Shown: positions 44,324 to 57,700 of the stretch, piece by piece
Numbering within the stretch: the first letter of the stretch is position 1
Layout: every line of letters begins with the position of its first letter
Assembly (NCBI GenBank): GCA_002104945.1
Contig: MCFH01000015.1
Span: forward strand, 558,001-622,000
Direction of reading: 5' to 3'
Origin: Piromyces finnis finn
Taxonomy: Eukaryota; Fungi; Neocallimastigomycota
DNA length: 64,000 nucleotides
The notes under the pieces: model-generated
The model's input: only the letters and a program-made list of their open reading frames with translations
Database searches by the model: none
Told to the model about the DNA's origin: nothing
Position numbers and translations under genes: made by a program

Positions 44324-46303
44324 TTACTTTTTTTCCTTCTTTTCCTTCTTTTCTTTCTTATCTTTCTTTTCCTTTTTATCCTTCTTTTCCTTCTTTTCTT
44401 TCTTTTCCTTCTTATCCTTCTTTTCCTTCTTTTGCTTCTTAGACTTCTTGTCTTCTTCATCATCAGCCTTTCTCTTCTTGTTTTCAACCTTTTCAACAAC
44501 TTCTTCTTCTTCTTCAGTGTTGATATCCTTCATAACACTGTCCATAACATCAGCATTACGTCTTGGAGCTTCACCAGATTCGTAGAACTTTAATCTTTCT
44601 TCAACTTGTTCCTTCATAGCTTCACCAAACTTGTTAGTTGGAACATCCATGAAACAATCGACACGGGAAGCAATAGAACACTTGTTAGCTAAGAAACGAG
44701 AAATTCTACCCTTGTTCTTAGCACCAGCACGACCAATGAAGGATGAGTGGAAGATTAAACCGTACTTTGGAGTATTACCCTTAGTCTTAAGAGCTCTGAA
44801 TAAAGCCTTTTCAGCACCTAAAATTTGAACAGTTGAAGCTGGGTACTTAGAAAGATTAGTTAAACTACCAGCGTGGGAAATAAGACGAGCACCAACAACT
44901 TCACCAATAAGAGCAGAAAGATTTGGAGCAACATTGTGCATCTTACTAACTAAATATTCATATAATCTCTTACGGTAGTCAGTTAAATCAATAACTCTAG
45001 TGGCGAAACTTTCAATGTTTAAGACATCAATTTCAGAAATATCAGTACCCATAGAAGCGTTAGCAGCGTCAATAACTTGCTTAGTCTTAATAGCATCACC
45101 TAAAATTTCTTCAATTTGGTTGGCAATTTCTGGGGTGATGTTGCTCTTGTTCTTAATTAACTTGGCGAGTTTAGCGTATTGAGCGTGATCGGCAACAATC
45201 TTACCAAGTTCTGGGAAGTGCCATGAATACCATTCACTTTATAAATTATATTTAGATATTTATTTAATGATTTATAAAATCATAAATTATAATTTCATTA
45301 TACTATATAATCCAATTTAAATTTTAAATTCAATTTTAAACTTACCGACATCTCATAGCGAAAGTATTAATATCTTTGTCTAATTGATCAAGTAAAGCAA
45401 TAGCTTGAATAATCATATTATCAACACGGTTAACATTGAACTTAACCTTAGCACGAGAGTAACTGTGACCAAGACCAAGTTGGGCCTTTTCAATATCACC
45501 TTCCTTGAATTGCTTAATTAATTTTTCAAAGTGTAATCTAATACCACGAATGAATTCAGAAACAACACTGCTACTTTCACATTCGATATCTAAAGCTTCC
45601 TTAATACTACCAGCAAGGTTCTTTTCAGAAACACCTAAAGTAACCTTGGACTTCTTAGAAGACTTTGGTAAATTTAATTCAAGGAAAGACTTAAGATCGC
45701 TACTGCAAAGACCTGTTATATTATGTAATTTTATTTTGTAATATTTGATTTAGAGATTTATTCAAACATTTTTACTTTTCATCCAAATTCTTAAGTTTTT
45801 TTATTTTGATTTAACTAGAAAATATTTTATTATAAAAAATTAATTTTTAATCAAAATTATATTATACCTTCAGAAATATTGTTAATATTTTCTAAAGCAT
45901 TAGTGGCAGATTTGAATGGAATGAAAGATTTTAAAGTAATCATTTTTCCGAATTTGGAAAGATCAAGAACAGCTTGTTGAACTTCTTCTAATTCTTGACC
46001 AATATCTTCAGACATGGTACGCTCAAAAAGAGCATAACCCGAGGCACATTCGTAAAGAACAAAATTACTCTTTTATCATAAATTATCATTAATATTTATT
46101 ATTATATATTGAAAATATTTATTATATATATAGGTAAATATAAAATAGAATGTATATAAGTTAAAATAATTAGTCAATGATTTTAGATTGGATTTTTTTT
46201 CATCTTAATTCATCTTTTCAAAATAAAATTTTATCGTGTATTCAATATAAATAATATCGCGTTTTTGCATTCAATTTTTTTCTTTTTTACTGATTCATAC
46301 CAT
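44324..46303 (-). CDS. NOP56: Box C/D snoRNP core protein Nop56
   Basis: ATG-only first coding exon (46301-46303), then [15 protein letters not shown]..., [75 protein letters not shown], and a KKE-repeat tail. Confidence 0.95.
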
Positions 46304-46540
46304 ATTTAATAGTTTTGATTTATTGTATAAAATAATAAAAATTCAAAATTATAATTCCAAAGATTTTAATTAATTATTTTATATAAAAAATCTTTTATTA
46401 ATAAAATTATAATAAAAAATCTAAAAAAAAAAAAAAATTATAATAATATTTTTTACTATAAAATTTTTAATTATAATATTAAAATATTCTAAAAAAAAAA
46501 TTTAGAAAAAAAATTATACATTTAATTAGGCGTACCAAAT

Positions 46541-46572
46541 GGACCAATCATATTACGTAAAGGGGCCAATCA
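46541..46572. promoter_or_regulatory. Two CCAAT boxes flanking a TTACGTAA palindrome, ~240 bp upstream of NOP56
   Basis: ggaCCAATca-ta-TTACGTAA-agggg-CCAATca; a GC-richer island in very AT-rich DNA. Confidence 0.55.
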
Positions 46573-47706
46573 ACGAATAAGATTTTAAAAAACTCAACAT
46601 GTACAAACAATTTTCTATAATATTTTTTTTTTTTACATTTTTTTTATTATTTTAAAATCCTTTTTTTAACAATAATTATTTGGAAAATTATTGGTTAATC
46701 AATAATAATTTTAAGATTAAATAAGCATTATTGATTAAATGAAAGGATTAGGAGTTGAATTTAATAATTATAAATATTAATTTTTTTTTTTAAATAGTAA
46801 CACAATCGTTGAAATATAAAATAAAAGCATTACTCATATCTTTACTACTAATAACATTATGTTTTTATTTATTTATTTATTTTTTAACGTATTATATAAA
46901 TAATGAATACTTATATACTTTATGGAATAAAATAAATTTATTCTCTCTTTTTTTTTTTTAATAAAAACTATTAGTATGATAGAATTATATAACATATTAT
47001 ATATTTTTGAATGGGTATAATAGATATAAATAAAAAGTGGGGGAAAAAATACTTTATATTTTAATATAAAACTAATTAGTTTCAGATGATAGTAAAAAAC
47101 TAAGCAGTGAAATTAGGCTTGTTTACTATTAAAAATAATATTTGTACCACCATTTAGCCTTGTATCACTATAACATCATAACATCTTATTTCTTTTTTTT
47201 TTTTTATTTTTTTATACCTATTATCTATTCTTAAAAAACATATACAATTTACAATTGCTAGTATATAATATTTTTTTTTTTCCTTTTTTTAAGAATTCTT
47301 TAAAAGTTTCATCTTTAATATATTTATGATGTATTTATGTATTGATTATACATATAAATTTAAATATTAATTTATAAAATAATAATATAAAATTGAGTTA
47401 TGAAAAAAATTATAAATGTAATTAATGATTATTATGTAAGATTACAAGTGTTATAGTTTTTTTTTATAATAATATATTATGTATGTATTATTATTTTTTG
47501 TTAATTATTTCTTAACATGTTCTTTTTATTTTTATTTATTTTTTTTTTTATTTTTATTTTTTATTATATATAATTTATAAATATAATAGTATATCGGTAA
47601 CATATAGGAAAATGATTGATATTATTTATACAAATGTTTGAAGAAACGATAGTTCTAACGTATTACCTTTTAAATATATTTCTTTAGAATATTATATTAT
47701 ATATTC

Positions 47707-48817
47707 TTATATTATTTGTTTTAATTCCTTTAATTCATCAATTATGAAACTTGAATCGTTTTTATTTGATAATTCAATAATTCTTAATTGCATTTCTTGA
47801 CTTTTTATTTTATCATATGATTCAGAAGATTTTATTTTTGGAACCATTGTAATATATGTTTTTAAGAATTGAATAGACTTTATTTAAAAGATATAATAAA
47901 ATTTATTTTTAGTTTTTTTTTTATTAATATTAATCCTTATTATTATTTATATCTATATTTGGATATGATTATTGGTAGTGTAATTACCTTTTCAAACAAT
48001 TCGGCATTGAAATCACTAGTAGATAATACATCAATTACGTTTTCAAAAATAGAGGTTTTTAATAAATATTCACAAACACTTTCTTTAATTTCTTTTACTT
48101 CTTCTAATAATAAACTTCTTAATAACCATAAAATTCTACTTTGAATAACTGGATTTTTTTTATTTTCAAAAGTGTTTATTAATTTTTCATAGCCATTTAG
48201 AGTTTCAAATGTTTTTAAACCAAAGGCATTATGCTTTAAAAAACCTATTTATAATATTATTAATGATAATAAATAATAAAAAGAATAAATATTAATTTCT
48301 TTTTCTTCTCCTCATTATTTTTAGTAATATTTTATAATGCATTATTACCTGATAAACAGTAAACGACCTTCTTTAATACACTAGTGTTATCATCAGTAGT
48401 TAAACAATTAAGAACTGGTTGTAAAACACCGTTATTAATAAACTAAAAAAAGAAAAGGCATTGTTTAAATAAAAAATTTGATTTTACAATTAATATAGCT
48501 CATAATGTAATATAAATGTTTAATTATAATTATGAAATCAATGAATATATATATATATATTTACGTCTTTTTGAGCAGTTTCATTATTTTGAACACTTGT
48601 ACCGAAAATCCATGCAATGTACATTTTTATTTCTGGTTCAGGAGTTGAAGTAAAAATATCAAGAAGTACTGGCCATAATTTTAATGGTCTTAAATCTTTA
48701 TATTATTAATAAAATAAGATGTATAAGTTATATAAATATTTTTAAAATTTTGAAATATTTAATATTATATAAAAATCTAGAAAGTTACTGTTAGCATTAT
48801 CAATTTGTTCAACAAGC

Positions 48818-48853
<36 letters not shown>

Positions 48854-49426
48854 ATAAAAAGTAATTAGGATATTGCTTTTTTTTTTTTATTTTAATTAAA
48901 TATCTTCAATATATTAATTTGATTAATACCATTTCTAATTCATCTAATGCATTTAATTTTTCATCGAGAGATTTAGATTCATCTTGTACTATTTCACAAC
49001 ATTCTTTATAATACATGAGAAAAATATTTTAGTCTTAATATTACTAATTATTATAACATATATATATATATATATCATAATTTCAATGATGCATACCTCT
49101 CATTCTGACAGAATCGTCTTTTCCTAAAATAACATCTAACCATTTTGGATCCTATTATTATTTTATAAAAGTATAATACTTAATATACCATTTATATATC
49201 TATTTCTTATATTTAAATCAAGATTTCCTTTCCCTTTTCTTTTTTTATTTAAACCTACAATTTTTTCTGGGTCAATGCGATTTTCAGATTTTGGTGCATC
49301 TTCCTTTTCAGTAGTTTGATTTAAAATTGACCATTGTAATAAATCTGAAGTAGTAATTCCTGGACCTTTTGAATTTTTTCTTTGGTATGGAATTGAAGAA
49401 AGATTACTTGAAATCTTTGGTGGCAT
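47707..49426 (-). CDS. FES1: Hsp70 nucleotide exchange factor Fes1/HspBP1 (armadillo-like; multi-exon)
   Basis: DLLQWSILN; spliced KLNALDELEMLVEQIDNANNLRPLKLWPVLL, AWIFGTCVQNNETAQ, KKVVYCLS, LKHNAFGLKTFETLNGY. The final exon boundary is less certain. Confidence 0.85.
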
Positions 49427-49758
49427 TTTTAAACTTTTATAATAAATTTAAACTATTTAAATATTTTATTTATTTTAAATTAATTATTATTCTTTTTTTT
49501 TTTTTAAAAAAATATTATTAATGTATTTATATTCTTTTTAAAGTATATATAAATTAAAAAGTTTTTTCTTTGGGTTTTTATTTAAAAAAAAATGAAATTA
49601 CCTCTTTTTTTTTTTTAAACCAAAAAAAAATTATTTGATTTATTAAGAATATACAGGAATTCACTAGAAAATTACTAGAAAATTGGATATAACATTTTTT
49701 TATATTAAATTTTTAATTTTAATATAATTTTTTTTTAAAAAAAAAGACAAAAAAAAAG

Positions 49759-49827
49759 ACGCGTGATTTAAATAGATCACGTGTTAAAACACATCTAATT
49801 TTAAATTTAACAGAAAAGCTTTTCTGT
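49759..49827. promoter_or_regulatory. Palindromic element cluster upstream of FES1 (ACGCGT/CACGTG inverted pair; 18-bp palindrome)
   Basis: ACGCGTGAT-N8-ATCACGTGT at 49759-49784; ACAGAAAAGCTTTTCTGT at 49810-49827. Confidence 0.45.
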
Positions 49828-50195
49828 ATATAGCCTTTTTTTTTTTTTAATTAGTCTTAAGAAGACCCTTTTTTTTTTTTTTTGTCTAATATTATTTAAT
49901 TTTCTTTTAAAGTTTAAAGGAAAAAAAGAAAAAAGATATACTGAACAACAACAGCAACAACAACAGATTTAATAATAATTTTGAATAAAAAATAGACAAT
50001 TTCCTTGATTTATCATTGTAAACTTTTATATTTAATAAAACTAAAAATGGTATAACATTATATAATAAAACTCACTTTTTTTTTTTTTTTATATGGCCAT
50101 GGCCATTTTACTCTTTGAAATAACTTATTTATATATATATATATATTTTAATATTTACTTTTATTTTATTTCAATATACATAAATGGTCATAAAA

Positions 50196-50457
50196 TTATT
50201 CAAATAACATTCTTGGCTTTAAAAAAATAATATGAGATAATGAAATATAATATAATATGTTAATTCAATATTCAATAGTAATAATAATATTTTAATATAT
50301 ATTTATTATATCAATTTATAATTTATATTTACTCTTTTAAATGGCGTAGAAGATATAACTTCTCCAAGACTTGCTTTATCAATTTCATTCTCATTATTCT
50401 TTATATAGATTATTATTTTTATATTATAATTGATTGTTATTCAATAAGTATTAAAGA

Positions 50458-50505
<48 letters not shown>

Positions 50506-51950
50506 TATTATTATAAAAAGGAAATCATGATAAAATATAATTTAAATTTTAATTTATACTATTCAAAATTATTATGTTTACCTGTTTTGTTTTTGATAGT
50601 TCTTTGTCAAATTGAGATGAAAAAATTGAAGTTACAATATTTTCTTCTGGTGATGGTGGACAAATTTCATAATCATCTTCATTATCATCATTTTGTTCAT
50701 TATTTAATTTTGTTTTTACAGCTGATGTTAATATTGTTCCGGGTATAATTGTTTCTGATTTAACATTATGTAATTGCTGTGAACTTTTGATTAAAGTATA
50801 ACTAGTATTATCTGTTATTTCCCTTTTAATTATTTTTTTAGATTCTGGTACTTTAAATTCTGAATTATTAATATCATCCCTGTTATTTGGTAATCTTGAT
50901 TCAGATGAGGATGGTGCTGTTGATGTTGAAGCCTCTGTTGATAAATTATGCTTTTCTTGTTTTGTAGTAATATTTATTTCCTTATTTACCGATTGTTCTG
51001 AATCTATGTTCATAGATAAATTAGTTTCTGTATCCATATCCATTTCCATTGATGTATCAAGTAAGTTATTATCTAACATAACATCATCAATATTAATACC
51101 AAGATCTTGAAGTACTTTTTCTGTATTATCATAGTCATTAAATTCTTGCTTTATTCCTATTATAGATTTTTTGATTTGGATGAATCGAAACAACCGAATC
51201 AGTTAATTATATGAATTTACGTATCATATTACACCATAAATAAAATATTAAATATATATATATAAATAAAAAAGATAGAGATACTTTACTTGTTCTGTCA
51301 AAGTCATTTTCTATCTGTGATGGTGGAGTAGGATTGACTCGAATATTTTGAGTATTTTGAGATGCTTGACTACCTCCATTATTATTAAATTGGTATTGTG
51401 CATTTAATTGGGAAGATTGACTTTGATTATATTCATTATCATCATCATGTGTTAATGTTGCTAAAACAAAGTCAGCTTCAAAAAGGTTTGATGAATTTAC
51501 TGTAAAAATTATTGGCCTTTTCAATAACAATAAAATAAAATATTGAATGGTAAGAAAAAATTTCTAAATTATAGATTAATAAAAAAAAAAAAAATGTAAA
51601 ATATATTAACTTACTGTCCATCTCTTTCAAAAAATGCCTTAACTGGGTATCCTAATGCTTCACCAAAATATAGAATAGCCTAGTCATATAGGTAAATAAT
51701 AAAAGAAAATAAAGTGTTCTATATATTAAACTTTTTAAAATAATTCTTATTTTATTGAATTTATTTGAACAAATAAAAATGCTCAATAAAAAAAAAAAAA
51801 TATTTTAATAGTATTATATAAAAAAAAGAAAGATATTTTACCTTTAATTCTCTAAAGTTAAAAGTTAATTCAACATTATATACTACATTAAATAATTCAA
51901 ATTCTGAAGGATCGATAATAATTTCAGTTTGAAGTGGACGGTCGGTTAAG

Positions 51951-51993
<43 letters not shown>

Positions 51994-53376
51994 AAATATG
52001 GGATAAAAAATTTTTATAATTTAAAATCAAAAAAATATATTTATTAAATTTATAATTCATTTTTATACAATACTTTTTTTTTTTTTGTCATTTTAAATAT
52101 AATAACATAATTATTAATATTAAATACCTTCTTTTGCTACAGAATCGTCGATAAAACTTTTAAATTTTATGATACCATCAATACAAACCATTGAGATTTC
52201 TTCTAAACGATGATAAAAATGATTTAACCATTCTCGAATGAGACGTGGAGTTGCTACCCAACGATTTATTGTATTTTTTTGGTATATTGCATGCATTATA
52301 TCACTGTCTTCATAATTTAGGTAGTGAGTTTTTTTAATTCCTTTATATCATCATCAATGTTTTATTGTTTTTATTATTAAGTAGTATTATTATTATTATC
52401 ATTGTATTTTTTTTGAATTTCAAATTTTGAAATTACATTTCGAATTAAAAAAAAAAAAAATAGTTATATATTACCATATTTACAGTCAAGATTAATAACC
52501 AAAGTTCTTGTTGTTTCAGGATTTGTTTTAAATTTAATTTCACATTTTTCAATTGTATTTTCATTTGAATTTTTTAATTTAAATATATTTACAAGGGGCT
52601 TTGTAATAATAAAAATAAATGGGTTTAAACAATTAATATTAAATATATATATATATATTGGATTTTTTTTTCTATCCTTTCCTTATGTATATATATTAAT
52701 ATTTACTTTTAATAGTATTCTACAACTAAGGGTATCTATTATATTTTCATTTATATTATATTGATCGAAAAACTTTGGATAGACAGTAAAAATGGAAAAG
52801 GCAGACCTTGAAGAATTTACAGTAGATAATAAAAACTATATATTAACAATTTTTTTTTTTTTATTTCATATAAATAACATAAATATACATGTAAAATAAT
52901 ATAAAAAAAGATTAGAAAATGCTTAATAAACATTATGATATATAAAAGCAAAACAGAACAAAGCAAACAGACAATTTAAAAATTGTTATATTTATTTGAA
53001 AATGTATTACTAAATTTAATATTAATAAAGAAATTAAGAAAAAAAAAAATTATTAAAAAATTTACTTTTTCTTTTTTTGCTTCAAAATTCACATAATCAC
53101 CAATTTTTATTAAACTACTTAAAAATTTAGAAAATGCTTTGATAATATTTTATTTAATTTATTATATATATATTTTAACCAGAGAATATTATTATGATAG
53201 ATATTTTAAGTTGAAACCATTATATGAAATAAATAAATAAATAAATATATAACATGTTAAAACCCTTTCTTAAGAATACAATACAAATAATAAATAATAA
53301 TTTATTATTTTATTAATGAATTTTTAAAGTAATAAAATGTACGTTTTATAGAATTTCCAGATATAACTAATTCCAT
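50196..53376 (-). CDS. RAD9: 9-1-1 checkpoint clamp subunit Rad9 (multi-exon)
   Basis: MELVISGNSIK / FSKFLSSLIKIGDYVNFEA / LSTVNSSRSAFSIF...FFDQY / ELTFNFRELKAILYFGE / PIIFTVNSSNLFEADFVLATL; disordered tail ending TPFKRPRMLFE*. Confidence 0.88.
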
Positions 53377-53667
53377 TTTTAAAGATACATTACTTCATTT
53401 CATATATTCAAAACAAAAAAAAAAAAAAAATGAAATTTTTAATTTAAAATAACTAAAAATTTTATTATAAAATTATAAAATATAAAATATGATAATATTT
53501 TTCTAACCAATCAAAATTAATGTTTTTTAAAATTTGTTTTTTTTATTATATAATTTTTTTTTTAATAATTTGTAGTATAACTTTTGGTGATATAAATTTA
53601 AAAGTAAATCAAAAGAAAAAACATATTATAATATATATATTTTTTTAAAAAAAGAAAATAAAAAAAC

Positions 53668-53898
53668 ATGGCTACTACTTACATTAACCCAGATACCGTT
53701 CCAATTGATGTTGAAATTCTTTCAGAAAAATACCTTACTGAAAATCAAGTTAACATTAGTTTAGAAAAATTCATGAATCGTGATTCTTCAAGAGATGTTA
53801 AGGAAGATGTCTTATACCAAATTGAAGAATTCAGAAATGAATTAAAGGCTAGAATTGAAGAAAAGAAAGAAGAAAAAGAAAAAAAGGATGATGAATAA
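53668..53898 (+). CDS. Small acidic/Lys-rich protein (76 aa), possibly RNA polymerase I subunit A14/Ker1-like
   Basis: Intronless ORF with coding-like composition, head-to-head with RAD9. VEILSEKYLTENQVNISLEKFM...DVLYQIEEFRNELK resembles the recalled Rpa14/Ker1 core. The ORF is likely real; the family assignment is tentative. Confidence 0.55.
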   Translation: MATTYINPDTVPIDVEILSEKYLTENQVNISLEKFMNRDSSRDVKEDVLYQIEEFRNELKARIEEKKEEKEKKDDE

Positions 53899-54794
53899 AT
53901 TACAGGAAATTAAAACAAAAAATATTTAAGAATTTTCAAAATTTTCATCTTAAAAAAAAAAAAAACATTTGAAATTTCAGGATTAATAAATTTCTTATAG
54001 AACCCAACCATATACATATACCTATAACTAATATATACAATATTTATTATTATTTTTTTTTAAATTAAAATTAAAAACAATTTTAATTTTTCATCACAAC
54101 TAATAATTGTAATAAAAGAAAAATATTATAATTAAATTCATTATTTATTAAATAACAAATAAAGAATAAATTAAATAGATTCAAAGCATAAAATATTATT
54201 CAGTATTATAAGAGAATATTTAATACATTATTAATTATTAGATATTATATATATATATTTTTTTTATACAAAATAAAAAATTTAATAAAATTCAAATTTT
54301 ATATATAGAAAAATATTTTAAAAGTACAGATTATATACTTTTTTTTTTTTTTTTTTTAAATATTATATTATCTTTTATGTAAAATATATAAAATATTTTT
54401 AGGTCCTTTTTTAAATATATAATTTTTAAAAATAAATAATATTCATTTTTTATAGATGTTATGTTTCTTTTTTTGTTGCTTTATCTTTTTGTTAATTAAA
54501 AGAAATATATATATATTATCTTTTTATTTTCATTATTATTGTTATTATTATTATTATTTTTTACTAAATAAAAGCAAAGAATTTGTTTTGTATGTGGGTA
54601 AAATTCTTTATTATTTTTTGTATGAATGTTTATGGAATTTAAATATTTTTTTTTTTTAAAAAAATTGTTAAAAAAAATTATATATAAAATTATATTTTTT
54701 TAATTTTTTTAATATAAAAAAAAAAAATTATTATTATTTTTTCTAAAACTTTTTAAATGTAATAATTAAAATAATAATAATAATAGCAATAAGA

Positions 54795-57700
54795 ATGTTT
54801 ATACCCGCATCACTTTTAAGGAAAAAGAAATCTATTTCAAAAAATAATTCAAAAGATAAAACATGTAAAGATAAAAATAATAATAATTTAACCAATATAT
54901 TGAAACAGGAATCAAAAAATACTATTTCAAATTTAATAGGTTCATCACCAATAAGTCAATCCCTTTCAAACCATAAACCCTCAGAAGAAAAAGAAATTAA
55001 TAACAGTAATAATAATAATAATAATAGTAATAATAGTAGTAATAACAATAATAGCATTAAAAATGAAATAACTGATCCTGACGACTGTTCCACAGAAAGT
55101 AAAATACTATCCAATAAAAATGGAACAGCAGTGGAAGAGACATCTCAACAGAATAATATTGAAATATCAGTGGAGGAAGGAGTTAAGGAATTGTTGTATG
55201 ACCAAGATGATAAAGTGAAAGAATATAGCTTTCAACAACGATGGCCATTAGATGATTATGAACCAATATGTATAATTTGTGGACGATATGGTGAGTATAT
55301 ATGTGATGAAACGAATCATGATGTTTGTAGTTTAGAGTGCAAACAATTGGACCTTCAAAATTTCAATACTACTATTTCCACACCATCCCAAATCACCACT
55401 ACTACTGATGTAAAAGCAATAGATATTCCATTAACCCTGGATACCATAACATTTCCTATACAACAAATTTTATTTAATAAAAATCAATTCTTATCTACAA
55501 ATATTATATTAAAAGATTTTTTACTAAAAAAATCAATTGAAATGAAAGGACCAGGGAATGAGGAGGAATGGCCTAATCCCATAGACCATTTTGATTCGCT
55601 AGGTCTTAATAGTCAACTTTTACGAAATCTTAAAAAAAACCGGTATAATAAACCAACTCCAATACAAATGTTAACTATCCCTTTACTCTTAACAGGACAG
55701 GATATGTTAGTAAAGTCACCAATGAAATCAGGAAAAACACTTGCCTATTTATTACCACTAATTATACATTGTATTAATATGGCTCAATGTTTTATTGAAT
55801 TAGACGGCATTTCAAATAATTATAACACCAAAATCAATACAAATATAGGTATTTTATCCTTTTCTTTTCTTAAAAAAAAAAAAAAAAAAAAAAAAATTTA
55901 AAATTCAAATTATAATTTGAAATTAAATGAAATTTCAATTTCATTTCAATTTCAATTTCAATTTCAATTTCAATTTTATTTATTTATTTTTCTTTTATTT
56001 TTTATTATATTTATATATAATTTGTTTGATATTGCCATTTTTTTTTCTTTTAATTTCAATAATTCATATATTCTAATAAATGTGTTATTTTTTTTATTTT
56101 ATTTTTTTTTCTTCTTTCTAATATATATATTTTATATTTTATATTTTATCATTTTTAATATTAATATTATTATTGAAAACTATATTTACATACATACATA
56201 GAATTAAAAAATTTTAAAAGTTTTAGTCCTTTAAATAAAAATTTTGGACCCTATGCTGTTATTCTAACACCATCCAAAGAACTTTGTATACAATTAGAAT
56301 CATTTTGTAAGAAATTATTGATGGGGATACCGTATATGAAAACGGCCTTGTTAATTGGCGGTGCCCCCTATCCAAATCAATTCTATCGTTTACGGTCAGG
56401 AGTTCAAATTATCATTGCGACACCAAATCGTTTTTTAGAGATATTAAAAAAATCAGAAAATGAATCGGAAGTGTTAGACATGATCGAAGGTGTCGTCGTA
56501 GGTAAGAAGTCAAAAAAAGGAAAATCGAAAGAAGGTAAAAATAAAGCTACCATAAATTATTTATCATGGGATTTGATATCCTTTTTAGTTTTAGATGAAA
56601 TTGATCAAATGATTAATTATGGTGAGGAAGAGATTTTACATGATATTATGAATCGATTATTAGCTGTTAATCGATCTACCCATTATAGGAAAAAAACAAC
56701 GATTGTAGTTCCTGAAGAAAATCATTATATTGGATTAAATAAAGGTGGTCGTCGTTATTCGACGAAAGGAAAAGGTAGTTTAACGGAGAATGCTATTCAA
56801 GTAGCCTTATTTTCATCGACTATACCACAAAAAATTATTTCTATATGTAAAAAATTTTTAAATCCTTCCTTTATCAGCGTATCTATGAAAGAAGAAACCG
56901 AGGTGATGTCTGCCCTCTCTGAATCCCTTCATTTAACCTCTCATTCTAAATTTAAAGGAGTAGACCCTGCATCATCAAATAGTATTTCAAAACTTTCATC
57001 AACAATAGAAGCAACAACAACAACAACAACAACAATAACAACAATAACAACAACGTCATCATCATTCAATACGTTATCATCGAATTCAAATCTTTTGTTA
57101 AATCAAACATCAACAAATACAATCATTCATCATGATCCTAACAGTAATAATGATCCTAGTGATTTTAATCATAACTATGATTATGAGAATAGGGTATTGA
57201 ATCCTAATAGGGTAACTAATACTTTACCTATTTTACCCATGGCCCCATCTCCTACTTCTTTACCATCCTATTCAATGATGGGTCGTCCTCGTCCTTTACC
57301 AATACCATCCTCTTCCTCTGCTCCTTCATCGTTATTGAACGATACATATTGTACAACAACAATAACTACAAATACAATAAATTCAAATCGTCCATCCCTT
57401 CAAAATGGAACAGTACCCTCAATGACATCAACTTTTCGACCAACGGCTGCTCCTCCATTGCCAACTTCTTTATTAAATACATCAATCGCTTCTTCTTCTT
57501 CTTCTTCTTCTTCTTCACCAGGAGTACCGGGATTAGGGTATTCTGTAAGACCTCAACGACCAGTGACTGTTGTCACTGGTCATCCACCTTCCTTACCTAG
57601 GCCATTACCAATGAATTTCAGACCTCCACCTACTATGCTACCTTCATCAACACCATTTTCCAACCCCATCACTTCCACCTCTTTTCATCCTACCTCACCA

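Noticed and set aside
55917-56201. Hydrophobic 94-aa track ORF (similarly 54456, 27039, 36312, 36939)
   Set aside because: These lie in introns or T-rich intergenic DNA; the Phe/Ile/Leu richness reflects base composition only.
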